Positions 30,810-41,527 of a stretch of 64,000 nucleotides of DNA are shown here, piece after piece. Every line of letters begins with the position of its first letter. The first letter of the stretch is position 1. The notes under the pieces are model-generated. The model made no database searches and had not been told where the DNA came from. It was given only the letters and a program-made list of their open reading frames with translations. The stretch covers positions 160,001 to 224,000 of the forward strand of contig CBDBPB010000004.1 of the NCBI GenBank assembly GCA_965208615.1, read 5' to 3'. The position numbers and the translations under genes are program-made. This DNA is from Spirochaetota bacterium (GTDB lineage: Bacteria > Spirochaetota > UBA6919 > CBDBPB01).

Positions 30810-31955
30810 TCAGTTAACTAAGAAGTTTTTATGATAGTTAGTTAAGTTTTTATATCCTTTTTCCGTAACTAAAATAATATCCTCTATTCTGATCCCCCCA
30901 TGCTCAGGATCATATAATCCTGGTTCAATGGCAATAACATTACCCGGTTCAAGTTTGATATTCTGATTAAAAAGTTGAGGACTCTCATGAACATCAAGAC
31001 CAAGACCGTGTCCAATAGAATGAATAAAACCATACTTCATCATAGGCTCATAAGGTTTTTGATCCATTAGTGTAGGAAAACCATATTCTCTAAAACACTC
31101 ACAGGCAGTCTTATAAAGATAAGAGCCGTTTATTCCAGGTTTAATCTCGCTAATAACCTTTTGTTGAGTTTTTAATACAGCCTCATACATTTTATGAATA
31201 TGCTTACTAGCCCCTCCTTTTATTAATGTACGAGTCATATCTGAAAAATAACGGTTTTCTTTGTGATATGGATACATGTCAATCAATATAGGCTCATTAG
31301 CCATAATATTGTTTTCACCGATATAGTGGGGGTTAGCGGCATTTTTACCACAGGCTATAATTGTTTCAAGTATATGGCAGTCTTCTTTCAAAAGCGATAG
31401 TTCAATGGCTTTTTTGAGCTTGGATGAAGTTAAAGGTGAATTATCATACATCAAAAATCCATTTTTTATTTTAGAGCTTTTAATCATATTTTCAACTATA
31501 CTCATTGTATTTTCTAATGATTTTTGTGTTTTTCTAATGAATAAGATTTCCTCATCTGTTTTAATACTTCTTTCTTTGACAAAGAGTTTACAGTCTATTA
31601 TTATTTTAATTCCAAGTTTTGATAATCCGCTTGCATAAAAGACCGGAAAGTTTTTTGGTATAGTTATTGTTTTGACTTTAAAGTAGTCCATTATTTCTTT
31701 TAGCATCATTACAAAAGCCCAATCTTTGTGTTTAAGTAGTTTTACTTTTTTGGGATAACCAAAATCCTGATAAGAATATATATTTTTTATCTTTGATTTC
31801 TTTATACACATAGCCGTTGCAACAGGGGATATAATATTACCTATACCATTGCAATACAAATATACAAATGGTACAGAACTTAAAAATCTTGTTTTATAAA
31901 AGAGATTGGTATTTTGATAGCTATCGTCAAAAATAAGAATTGATCTATTTTCCAT
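30810..31955 (-). CDS. Xaa-Pro aminopeptidase (M24)
   Basis: SDMTRT, HSIGHGLGLDVHE, EPGLY, GGIRIED. Confidence 0.92.
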   Translation of the reverse strand: MENRSILIFDDSYQNTNLFYKTRFLSSVPFVYLYCNGIGNIISPVATAMCIKKSKIKNIYSYQDFGYPKKVKLLKHKDWAFVMMLKEIMDYFKVKTITIPKNFPVFYASGLSKLGIKIIIDCKLFVKERSIKTDEEILFIRKTQKSLENTMSIVENMIKSSKIKNGFLMYDNSPLTSSKLKKAIELSLLKEDCHILETIIACGKNAANPHYIGENNIMANEPILIDMYPYHKENRYFSDMTRTLIKGGASKHIHKMYEAVLKTQQKVISEIKPGINGSYLYKTACECFREYGFPTLMDQKPYEPMMKYGFIHSIGHGLGLDVHESPQLFNQNIKLEPGNVIAIEPGLYDPEHGGIRIEDIILVTEKGYKNLTNYHKNFLVN

Positions 31956-32103
31956 AAAGTTGCACCTTAATGTTTAACTATCGGATAGCTTATAAACTAA
32001 TTATAAGCTCATAAGGAAGAATTCGAATACTAGGAAAGTTGACTTTTATAAAAAAAATTTATAACTTTATTTATAAATAAAATACCTCTATAGGGTAACT
32101 ATA

Positions 32104-32877
32104 ATGGCACATACTGATATACTATATGAAATTACTAGTATGACAGAAAAACAAGAACTACTCCTAAAAAATAAACAAGTATTTAGCGAAATAATCCAAG
32201 AACTCTCTAAGCTTATTGACTACGATAAAAATAATAAAGACCTAAAAGCCCTTTTAACACATACAAAAACATGGAACAACATCCTCAATTTGTGGACAGA
32301 ACTAAAATACAAAACAAATCAAAGAATTACTAAAATACAAAAACTCATAAATAAAGCCGAAGATAACGAATTCCTCGAAATTAAACCCTTTGTCAATGAA
32401 CTAAATTCTATTATTAATAACATTGGCTATCGCTCTCTTAATGCTTTTAACGTTGATAGATTTGAAGAGTTAGTAAATAAACTGTCTTATAAGGGAAAAA
32501 TCTCAGACGACTATATCAAAAAAATAAAAAATACTATTTCATCCTACGATAGAATACTTAACTTCTTTGAAGAAACTCAAAAAAGCATTCCTAAATATAA
32601 ATACTACCACGTAAAATATGAACTACAACTCTCCACTGAAGAACAGTTAAAAGAAATATACTCCATAGAAGAAGAACTTAATAACATTAAAAATGGTGAA
32701 TATAAACTCCCAGAAGATAGAGTTATTCAAGTTGTACAAAGACTTTTAAATGACTTCCCCGGCAATAAAGAAGCTCAGAAAAAAATTATTGACAAAGTTA
32801 AATTATATAACCCGCTGACTAATTATCCCATTTCAGATAAGCCAGAAAAAGATACACCAAAAATAATAGACTTTTAA
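32104..32877 (+). CDS. hypothetical helical protein
   Basis: 257-aa ORF with AGGG RBS; no motif recognised. Confidence 0.65.
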   Translation: MAHTDILYEITSMTEKQELLLKNKQVFSEIIQELSKLIDYDKNNKDLKALLTHTKTWNNILNLWTELKYKTNQRITKIQKLINKAEDNEFLEIKPFVNELNSIINNIGYRSLNAFNVDRFEELVNKLSYKGKISDDYIKKIKNTISSYDRILNFFEETQKSIPKYKYYHVKYELQLSTEEQLKEIYSIEEELNNIKNGEYKLPEDRVIQVVQRLLNDFPGNKEAQKKIIDKVKLYNPLTNYPISDKPEKDTPKIIDF

Positions 32878-32887
32878 TCATATAAAG

Positions 32888-32918
32888 ATAAGCCTCCCCT
32901 TAACAAAGGAAGGCTTAT
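32888..32918. terminator. hairpin downstream of ORF 32104
   Basis: ATAAGCCT...AGGCTTAT stem with inner CCTT/AAGG; weak U tract. Confidence 0.45.
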
Positions 32919-33243
32919 AAACAGGGTAGTAAAATAGTTTTTGATGGAGAAGTAAATTAACTCTAACTTTTTTATTTTTAAACGCATTATAACAACCCAA
33001 ATAGTTTAATTTTATTCCAAAAGTATTATTTTTTTTTTAAATTATCAAAAATATATTACTGTATAGTTAGTTTTTTATAAAATGTTGGTTTTTCGTGGAA
33101 CCTAAAATTATATTCTAAGTGTTATAAAATTGAGTTTCTAATATTTAGAAAAAAATAGTTAATTTTAAAATATTAGAAGCTGTACAATAACCTATACGCC
33201 AAACTTAAAAAAAATTAATAAACTTAAAACAAGGAGTGTATTT

Positions 33244-33489
33244 ATGGAAATTAAAGCAGATGATTTATTAGATGCCAGAGGACTAACTTGTCCTATGCCA
33301 ATTATTAAGGCTAAAAAAGCCATTGAAAAATTAAAAGAAGGTAATATCCTTGAAGTTTTGGGAACTGATCCAGGATCAGCGGCTGACTTTAATGGATGGT
33401 GTAAACAAACCGGCCATATCCTTGAAGAGGCTAACGAAATAGAAAAAGACGGACAAAAAGTTTTTCAGTTCTTTATACGACGTAAATAA
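33244..33489 (+). CDS. tusA: sulfurtransferase TusA family protein
   Basis: LDARGLTCPMP, TDPGS..D..WC; AAGGAG RBS. Confidence 0.9.
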   Translation: MEIKADDLLDARGLTCPMPIIKAKKAIEKLKEGNILEVLGTDPGSAADFNGWCKQTGHILEEANEIEKDGQKVFQFFIRRK

Positions 33490-33712
33490 TCCCTTTTAAA
33501 ATGGGTGTATACAACTTAAACCTTTATAATTATTAAAAAGCTAGTACAGCCTTTTTTGGGTATGCAATATAGTAGGATTTAGATTATCCTTCCATAATAA
33601 ATTATTTTTCCTCGTAAATATTATTTAATTTATTATATATATATAATCGTATTTAACTGAAAATAACTATCCCTAGTCATTGTATACCTTAACACATATT
33701 AGGAAGACTTTT

Positions 33713-35159
33713 ATGAGGTTTTATATAATAGTTTTTCTTTGTATAATATTAAGTCAGTTGGCCTGGACAAATAATAAAATAAAACCTTATACCATTACCC
33801 CTTTAGAAGGAGTACGGAAAATAAGAAAGGCTAACCCTAATATATTTAAATATATATCATATAAAGCTTTAATGGTATTAAGCAGGTATATTAGGAATAA
33901 ATCCAGCTTAAAGGGTATATCTCCAATTAAATATTTGTTGGGGGAAAATGATAAATGGCATAAAGGTATTATTAAAGCTTCTGTAAAAGGTCTTATAAAC
34001 AAAGATCCGAGGGTTAGACTGTTTTGTATGCACCTTTTATTTAAAATGTCCATAAAAAGAGAGTGGATAGAAAAAGATATACTAAAAACTATAGAAAATG
34101 AAACCGTAGATCACTATTACTACTTTAAAAATATATACGGCAATACCCAATACCAAAACATAAAAGATTGGCTATTCTTATTTCTAAATATAGATAACCA
34201 ACTTATACTCCTTAGCCCTAAACCTAATTCTTCTACTTATAAAAACTCTATTGGCTTCGACTGGATAAACATTTATGACGCATATAAATACGAACTATAT
34301 ATTAATGATATACTATATTACAGCGGAAAGGATTCTTTTGTAAAAAAGGTTAACCTGCATAATAATAAATCATCATACTCCCCGTATAGGTGGACTGTAA
34401 TTGCTAAAGATGTAAACGGTAAAATTATTAAATCAAGCTATTCTCTTTTTGACATAAAAAAACTTAATAAACCCAACTTAATTATTAATCAAAAAAACCC
34501 TCCAAGCTTTAAATGGGAAAAAATAAAAAGTATTACTTACTACAAACTATACATATATAAAAAAGGTGACAAAAAACATAAACTTTTGTATAACGGTAAT
34601 AAAGTGTATTATAACCATAAACAACCACTAGCAAAAGGAAAGTATTTATGTTATAATAGTTGCCGGTAACGAGGATCAGACTATAAAAAGTGCGGAAGTA
34701 TTATTAAATATAGATAAATCAAAAGTAATGGATAAACCACTAAAACCAGATAAGCCTAAGGAAACTGATGAGCTATACTTCGATATTGACGAATTTAAAA
34801 AACTAGAAGATGATCCCCTTAGTGAATCAAGGTTAAAAGAGCCTAAACCTGATAAAGCTAAGCCTGATAAAGCTAAGCCTGATAAAGCTAAACCTGATAA
34901 AGCTAAACCTGATAAAGCTAAACCTGATAAAACTAAGCCTGATAAAACTAAGCCTGATAAAGCTAAACCTGATAAAGCTAAGCCTGATAAAGCTAAACCT
35001 GATAAAACTAAGCCTGATAAAGCTAAACCTGATAAAGCTAAACCTGATAAAGCTAAACCTGATAAAACTAAGCCTGATAAAGCTAAACCTGATAAAGCTA
35101 AACCTGATAAAACTAAGCCTGATAAAGCTAAACCTGATAAAGTCGATTCTATTCAGTAG
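33713..35159 (+). pseudogene. secreted protein (HEAT-like segment, FN3/Ig-like domains, KPDKA tail) split by a +1 frameshift near 34646
   Basis: Track ORFs 33680-34669 and 34728-35159 join in frame on deleting one T from 34645-34647 (GKYYVIIVAGNEDQ...); signal-like MRFYIIVFLCIILSQLAW at ATG 33713. Confidence 0.7.
34845..35144. repeat. 20 x 15-bp coding tandem repeat, KPDK(A/T/V)
   Basis: AA(A/G)CCTGATAAA(G/A)CT units counted from the translation. Confidence 0.97.
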
Positions 35160-36396
35160 GTGACTTTGGGATAAAATTAAAAATCAGTCCTATTATCCAC
35201 AAAACTCCGAAAACAATAATAGTAAAGGCGCATAATAAAGCAACATAACGAGGATCAAAATAATTAATAGCTAATCCGGCTAATAATGAAGATAACATTA
35301 AAAATAAAGTAGATATACCTTCATCATGAGCAAAAACTCTTCCCCTTAAATTTGGTGGTATGGTCTTCTGTAGTGTTACTCTGGTGAATAGCCACAAATT
35401 AGAACTGGATATAGTAGCAAAAACTAATACAATAGCTCCTAAAGATATTATAGGCATTATACTAAAAATACCATAAAAAATGCCATACAAACAAAAGGCA
35501 AATCCAATATACCAAACTACACTAACTTTACTCTGTCCAACTATAGCCTTCCCAACAAAGCTCCCTAACACTACTCCCAATCCTCTACACATATACAAAA
35601 TACCAATTCCAAAACTACCAGCATCAAACACATCCCTCGCAAATACCGTATGTAATGTAAGTATAGCTCCGCCTCCAATAGCCCATCCTGGTTTAACAAG
35701 CAAAATAGCAATAATAAACCTATCCCTAATTATATAAGAAATACCGAGTTTAAAGTCAGTCCAAAACTTCTTAAGAAAAGAGATAGACTGGCTATAATCA
35801 CTTTTATTATATTGAGGCTCATCCACGGCTATAAAGCTAATCAATATAGCTGACATAAAAAAGGTAGCAGAATTAACAACTATAGCTATATGAAAACCAA
35901 ATACCGTAATAGCAATACCACCAAGTAATGCTCCTAATGAAAGCATTATACCCCAAGTCATTTGTCCTAAGGCATTAGCAGTACCAAGCTCATCAGAAGT
36001 CAAAATAACCGGCAATATGGATAGTTTTGCAGGTAAAAAAAAAGAAGAGGCCGAAAATACTAAAAACTCAACTATAAACAATAACCACAATATATCAGGA
36101 CTAATAAATAAAAAAACTAATACTAAGTATCCTCTTACTAAATCGCTAATTATAAGAATGCTTTTCTTGCTAAACCTGTCAATTATAACACCAGCAAATG
36201 GACCAAGAATAAACTGGGGAAGTAAAGAACAAACTAAAACTACACCAAGATAAACTCTATTATCCTCGTGGATAGCAATATAGTCAAGTAAGGCGATTCT
36301 GTTAAACCAATCCCCCACCAGACTAATAGATTGAGCTATCCACAATAACCTAAATAAAACATTACCTTTAAGCACCTGTCTATAAGATAATAGCAT
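35149..36396 (-). CDS. MFS transporter (DHA3/macrolide-efflux-like)
   Basis: About 12 TM; GDWFN, GVIIDRFSKK, LRGRVF. Confidence 0.9.
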   Translation of the reverse strand: MLLSYRQVLKGNVLFRLLWIAQSISLVGDWFNRIALLDYIAIHEDNRVYLGVVLVCSLLPQFILGPFAGVIIDRFSKKSILIISDLVRGYLVLVFLFISPDILWLLFIVEFLVFSASSFFLPAKLSILPVILTSDELGTANALGQMTWGIMLSLGALLGGIAITVFGFHIAIVVNSATFFMSAILISFIAVDEPQYNKSDYSQSISFLKKFWTDFKLGISYIIRDRFIIAILLVKPGWAIGGGAILTLHTVFARDVFDAGSFGIGILYMCRGLGVVLGSFVGKAIVGQSKVSVVWYIGFAFCLYGIFYGIFSIMPIISLGAIVLVFATISSSNLWLFTRVTLQKTIPPNLRGRVFAHDEGISTLFLMLSSLLAGLAINYFDPRYVALLCAFTIIVFGVLWIIGLIFNFIPKSPTE

Positions 36397-36402
36397 AAAA
36401 TG

Positions 36403-37890
36403 TTAAACTAAACCCTCTATAAACCTAACTAAACTACTAACCATTATCCCAGTTCCACCCTTAGAATAATATTCATCCCTATTAGACCATGCAGTCCCTG
36501 CAATATCAAGATGTATCCACGGTTTATTATCCACAAACTTCTCCAAGAATGCGGCCGCAGTAATAGCACCTGCTGATCTATCCCCCACGTTTGCGACATC
36601 AGCAATATCGCTCTTAATCTGATCATGATACTTTTTAAATAGAGGTAACTGCCATACTCTTTCTCCAACATCATCACAAGCCTTTTTAAACTTATCCATT
36701 AACTCTTGATTATTCCCCATCATCCCAGTGGTAATCTCACCCAAGGCAACCACACATGCACCAGTTAATGTAGCCAAGTCTATTATTTTAGTTGCACCAT
36801 GCTCAACAGCATAACAAAGAGCATCAGCTAAAATTAATCTACCTTCTGCATCAGTGTTCAGTATTTCAATTGACTTACCATTCATAGCAGTAACAACATC
36901 CCCAGGCTTATTGGCACTACCAGACGGCATATTCTCAGCAACAGGAATAACAACAATAACCTCAACATTAAGCTTAAGCCTGGATATAGCTACCATAGCA
37001 CCTATAACAGTTGCAGCACCAGCCATATCACCTTTCATTTCATGCATATTTTTAGGAGGCTTAATAGATATCCCACCAGAATCAAATGTAATACCCTTAC
37101 CAACCAAAGCTATAACATCATCAGACTTTTTATTTTCAGGCTCATAGTACATTGTTATTAGCTTCTCAGGCTCAACTGATCCCTTTGAAACAGATAGAAA
37201 TGACCCCATACCCATCTTTTCAAGCTCATAGTGATCAAAAATATTAACCCTAATATCATTACCTCTGGCAAACCTAAGAGCCTCATTAGCCAAAATAGCT
37301 GGTGTACACTTATTCCCGGGTTGATTAACCATATTCCTTGCAAAACCCATTGACTCACCTATTATCCTACCTCTATCTAACATATCACTGCTTATAGGCT
37401 TATTAGAACAAGAAATGATTTTAATTGTATCAACATTAACTTTGAACTCTTCATTATCATCCCTATTTTTATATAAATCAAAGGAATAATCCCCAACCAT
37501 AATACCCTCTATCAAACAAGGTATCCTAAGAATATGCTCGTCTATACCCCTTATAAAGAAAGACATATTAATAAATCCACGCTTTTTAGCCTCACGAATG
37601 CCTTTAGCACCAAAAGACTTATGCTCCTCTATAGTGTATTCAGCTTCTTTGCCGCATCCAATTAATAATAGGGACATTTTAGAGTTAGGCATAAATATTG
37701 TATTACCTATATTCCCTTTCATTTCTTTTCTGTCAACACTGGATTGTAATAAACCTGCTGTTAGTGAGTCAAGCTCAATAAGGGTTTTATTAGTTAATTT
37801 ATTATCCCTTATATCCTCTTTGAAAAAGTTAATGATTATAAGGTCAGTCTTAACCGACTCAAAGGATTCATTAGAAGCCTCAAATTTCAT
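36403..37890 (-). CDS. pepA: leucyl aminopeptidase (M17)
   Basis: GKGITFDSGG, MKGDMAG, NTDAEGRL, DLATLTGA; ATG 37890 after AGGAGGAG. Confidence 0.95.
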   Translation of the reverse strand: MKFEASNESFESVKTDLIIINFFKEDIRDNKLTNKTLIELDSLTAGLLQSSVDRKEMKGNIGNTIFMPNSKMSLLLIGCGKEAEYTIEEHKSFGAKGIREAKKRGFINMSFFIRGIDEHILRIPCLIEGIMVGDYSFDLYKNRDDNEEFKVNVDTIKIISCSNKPISSDMLDRGRIIGESMGFARNMVNQPGNKCTPAILANEALRFARGNDIRVNIFDHYELEKMGMGSFLSVSKGSVEPEKLITMYYEPENKKSDDVIALVGKGITFDSGGISIKPPKNMHEMKGDMAGAATVIGAMVAISRLKLNVEVIVVIPVAENMPSGSANKPGDVVTAMNGKSIEILNTDAEGRLILADALCYAVEHGATKIIDLATLTGACVVALGEITTGMMGNNQELMDKFKKACDDVGERVWQLPLFKKYHDQIKSDIADVANVGDRSAGAITAAAFLEKFVDNKPWIHLDIAGTAWSNRDEYYSKGGTGIMVSSLVRFIEGLV

Positions 37891-38047
37891 ACTACTCCTC
37901 CTTAACAAAAAATACTATCTTTAATAATAAGTAGAACATAATTAAAAGTCTTTTACTTGCTAATATTTTTTAAATAAAAACAAAAATATTTTGACCATTA
38001 CAACTTATAAAGCTAACTTATAGACCTACTAACAACGGAGACCAAAA

Positions 38048-39808
38048 TTGAGCTATGACTTTATTCAGCTTATAATTTTAAATACTGGTATTCTTCTTAT
38101 ACTGGCTCTTACTGCTGGTAAGTTTGTCTCACTAATGAATATACCAAAAGTTACCGGATATTTACTTGTTGGAATATTATTAGGTCCTTCTGTATTAGGA
38201 TATTTTTATCCGGCTTATGGTAATTTCATACTTAACAAAAAGATACTTGAGACATATAACATTATTACTCAAGTTGGACTCGGATTAATTGTATTCAACA
38301 TTGGTGGAGAGTTTAAGCTGGAAAACGTTAAAAAGCTTGGTAAAAATGTATTTTGGATATCTATATTCGAAATTATCTTTACCACACTAAGTGTTTTAGC
38401 CCTTAGTTTTATAGCCTTAAAGCTATTCTATCCTAATTTTGGCGACTCAACTTTTATATACGCTATTTTATTTGGCGTTATTAGTATTGCCACTGCACCT
38501 GCTGCCACTCTTTTAGTTTTACGGGAATATGAATCTCAAGGACCTTTAACAAATCATATTTTGGTATTAGTGGGTCTAAACAATATTATATGTATTGTTG
38601 TTTTCAAGATTATGTTTTCTGGCTTTATTAGTGAGGGACATAGTTTTATTATGCCTATTTTAGAGGTGTTAGCCTCTATGTTAATGGGAGTTATTATCGG
38701 GTTAATAATTAGTTTTATTGAGAAGTCCGTAGAAAAGCCTGTCGAACTCATTATGCTCGCAACAGGCGGGATTGCTTTTAATATTGGAATAGCTTTTATT
38801 ATTGAAGATATAATTCACATATCCAATATTCTATCCATTTTGTTTATGGGTATTACTATGGTTAACTCATCCACAAAAGGAGATTCTACATTTAAGGCTC
38901 TAAAAGAGGTAGACTTACCCATATACGCCATATTCTTTGTATTAGCCGGTGCAAACCTACATATTGACGAGTTTTTAAATGGAGGTATACTATTTATTGT
39001 TTACGTTATAGGAAGAGCATTTGGTAAAATATACGGTTCTTTTTTTGGTGTTAAGCTTTCTAACATGTTCAAAAAGCTTGGAAACAATATAGGATATGGA
39101 TTACTACCCCAAGCTGGAGTAGCTATTGGTCTTGCGTTAATAATGAAAAGGGACGATCCATATATGGGTGGGATTATGTCTTCGGTTATATTATCTGCTG
39201 TTATGGTATTTGAGTTAATTGGACCTTTATTTACTCGATTAGCAGTAATACGCTCGGGCGAGGTAAAAGAAATATCTTTATCAAAAAGGTTATCCCATAA
39301 GGCTAAATATAGGTATTTACGAGTATTGGCAAGATTAAGGCATTCCCTTGGTATTCAAAAGTGGAAGAAAAAACGAGATAAGACTATATTATGCAAAGAG
39401 CTAATGAGAAGTTCTGTTGAGGCCATACACTCAGACCTAGCATTTGATGAGGTATTAAAGTTTGCATCGGAATATAAATATGATCAGTTCCCCGTTATTG
39501 ATGAGGATAATCATTTTATTGGAACTATATCCTATCAGGAGATTAGAGATATTCTATTAGATATAGAGTTTGCTAATCTTATTATAGCACAGGATATGGT
39601 TGATGAGAATCCACTTGTTGCCTATCCAAGTGATAGTTTGAAAAAGCTTTTAATGTTATTCCACGACTCAAAAGAAGAATTAGACTATCTCCCGGTAATT
39701 GACGAACATAAACCACCTCATCTAATCGGCATGGTAACACAAAAAGACGTAATTGAGGTATATAGGAGCCTTAAAGACAGTAACAGCCTAAAAGAGTTTG
39801 ACTTATGA
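38048..39808 (+). CDS. cation:proton antiporter with C-terminal CBS pair
   Basis: ATAPAAT, FFVLAGA, LLPQAGVAIGL; two CBS domains at the C-terminus. Confidence 0.88.
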   Translation: MSYDFIQLIILNTGILLILALTAGKFVSLMNIPKVTGYLLVGILLGPSVLGYFYPAYGNFILNKKILETYNIITQVGLGLIVFNIGGEFKLENVKKLGKNVFWISIFEIIFTTLSVLALSFIALKLFYPNFGDSTFIYAILFGVISIATAPAATLLVLREYESQGPLTNHILVLVGLNNIICIVVFKIMFSGFISEGHSFIMPILEVLASMLMGVIIGLIISFIEKSVEKPVELIMLATGGIAFNIGIAFIIEDIIHISNILSILFMGITMVNSSTKGDSTFKALKEVDLPIYAIFFVLAGANLHIDEFLNGGILFIVYVIGRAFGKIYGSFFGVKLSNMFKKLGNNIGYGLLPQAGVAIGLALIMKRDDPYMGGIMSSVILSAVMVFELIGPLFTRLAVIRSGEVKEISLSKRLSHKAKYRYLRVLARLRHSLGIQKWKKKRDKTILCKELMRSSVEAIHSDLAFDEVLKFASEYKYDQFPVIDEDNHFIGTISYQEIRDILLDIEFANLIIAQDMVDENPLVAYPSDSLKKLLMLFHDSKEELDYLPVIDEHKPPHLIGMVTQKDVIEVYRSLKDSNSLKEFDL

Positions 39809-39814
39809 TAAAAC

Positions 39815-40315
39815 CTAGAATATATGAGATAAATATCTCCCAGGCATCCTAAAACGCATAACCGATAATGGCTTTAGAAACTTATCGTAGTTTATTAGGT
39901 CATAGGCTATAAGACTACGTTTATCGTCGTAATAGCTTATTTTATGCAGTATATCTGACATAATACTATCCACATTACCATAAGAATAAATTGCATAAGC
40001 TTTTAGACTATTCTGTTGATAAAACTCATACCTATCTATCATCTGGGACAGGTTAGAGTAATACACTTTATAGTAGCTATCTTTTTCTTTATTCAAGGTT
40101 TTTAGCTTTTGATCTATCTCATAAGGGGAACCATGTATCTCTTTATCAAATCTGATATTAACATATTTGTAGTTATTCTTCGATGTAATATTTTTTTCTT
40201 TAAAATACTTAATATAATAAGTCGGCTTAAATACTTTAATCTTAGGTTTCTTATCAGAACAGCTAAACAGGCTTATTATAACTAATATAAGAATTAGAGC
40301 TTTAATCTTTGTCAT
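39815..40315 (-). CDS. hypothetical lipoprotein
   Basis: MTKIKALILILVIISLFSC lipobox; ATG 40315 preferred over the track's 40375. Confidence 0.7.
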   Translation of the reverse strand: MTKIKALILILVIISLFSCSDKKPKIKVFKPTYYIKYFKEKNITSKNNYKYVNIRFDKEIHGSPYEIDQKLKTLNKEKDSYYKVYYSNLSQMIDRYEFYQQNSLKAYAIYSYGNVDSIMSDILHKISYYDDKRSLIAYDLINYDKFLKPLSVMRFRMPGRYLSHIF

Positions 40316-40429
40316 ATTAATACCAATATATTTAAAAGTTAGTATCCATTTTCGGATCAATACCCCAAAGCACATTAATCAAAATTAACATTTTTATTAT
40401 ATTTGTTAACCTTATAATTGCTAAGTTAT

Positions 40430-41354
40430 TGTTAGTAACTGTTCTATTGGTGTAGATCAAAAGTATTATAAGGTAATTCATCTATCTAAAGCTTAAAAAA
40501 TAGAGATTATCAAGTTATAGAAAGTGTTTTGATGAAAGTAAAAAGGTTATAAAATAGGTTGTTGACAATGGGAATACATATAAACATGTAGGTTTAGACT
40601 TTGAGTTAGGGGTTTATAAGCATATTTATTTTTTTAATGTTAAGGGGATATTATTTAATAATAAAGTATTATAAGGTAATTCATCTATCTAAAGCTTAAA
40701 AAATAGAGATTATCAAGTTATAGAAAGTGTTTTGATGAAAGTAAAAAGGTTATAAAATAGGTTGTTGACAATGGGAATACATATAAACATGTAGGTTTAG
40801 ACTTTGAGTTAGGGGTTTATAAGCATATTTATTTTTTTAATGTTAAGGGGATATTATTTAATAATTCAGTTATCATTTTATGATAGAGTTATGACGAGTC
40901 ATACAAGGTAAAAAGCAATACATATAACGTAAAGGGAAGTGAATTCCAGATTTCTTTATGGAACAGGAAAGTTAAGATATTCATGAAAAAGTTATTTTCT
41001 TGTGTCAAGCAGGTTATCCCTTTATGCTCTTTAAGTGCTGTTTAAATGCCTTAGCAATGAACACAAAATATCACTTTTTATGCAAGTAGTCATCACTACG
41101 AGAGCTATTAAGAATCCCTTACTGAGACTAAGAATTATAGACCTTTATTAAGTGATAACGAATTCGCCGTCCCATAAAGGCTTAGAGCAGATTATTGGAA
41201 TATTCTATATTGACTTTATATGTAAAACTTCAAAAAGTATAGCTAATCCTCTATGAGTAAATAACAAATAAAAAATAACTTCCTAAAACCTTCACTAACA
41301 AAATTGCCCGATAGAATGTTTTCTTTGTTATATTTGCTAAAACGTTTGTTAACA
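40430..41354 (+). mobile_element. dispersed non-coding repeat, copy C (722 bp plus a 203-bp internal duplication)
   Basis: Homologous end to end with copy A; begins TGTTAGTAAC, ends GTTTGTTAACA. Mobility is inferred. Confidence 0.65.
40460..40865. repeat. 203-bp tandem duplication (apparently exact)
   Basis: 40460-40662 repeats at 40663-40865; no differences seen by eye. Confidence 0.95.
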
Positions 41355-41527
41355 TAGCCCAAGGGGTACATGCTCTGGAACTATAAAAGAAAACGGGATA
41401 GATACTAATGATATATGCTTTAATACTTCTGAATTAGAGTGTGATGATCTTAATAACAACCATAGGCATCAAATAGCGTTAACTAATAATAATAAATTTA
41501 CGTATAAGCTTAAAACAACTTTTCAAA

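Noticed and set aside
40421-41363. Target-site duplication around copy C
   Set aside because: Flanks (CTAAGTTAT and TAGCCCAAG) share no convincing direct repeat; none seen for A or B either
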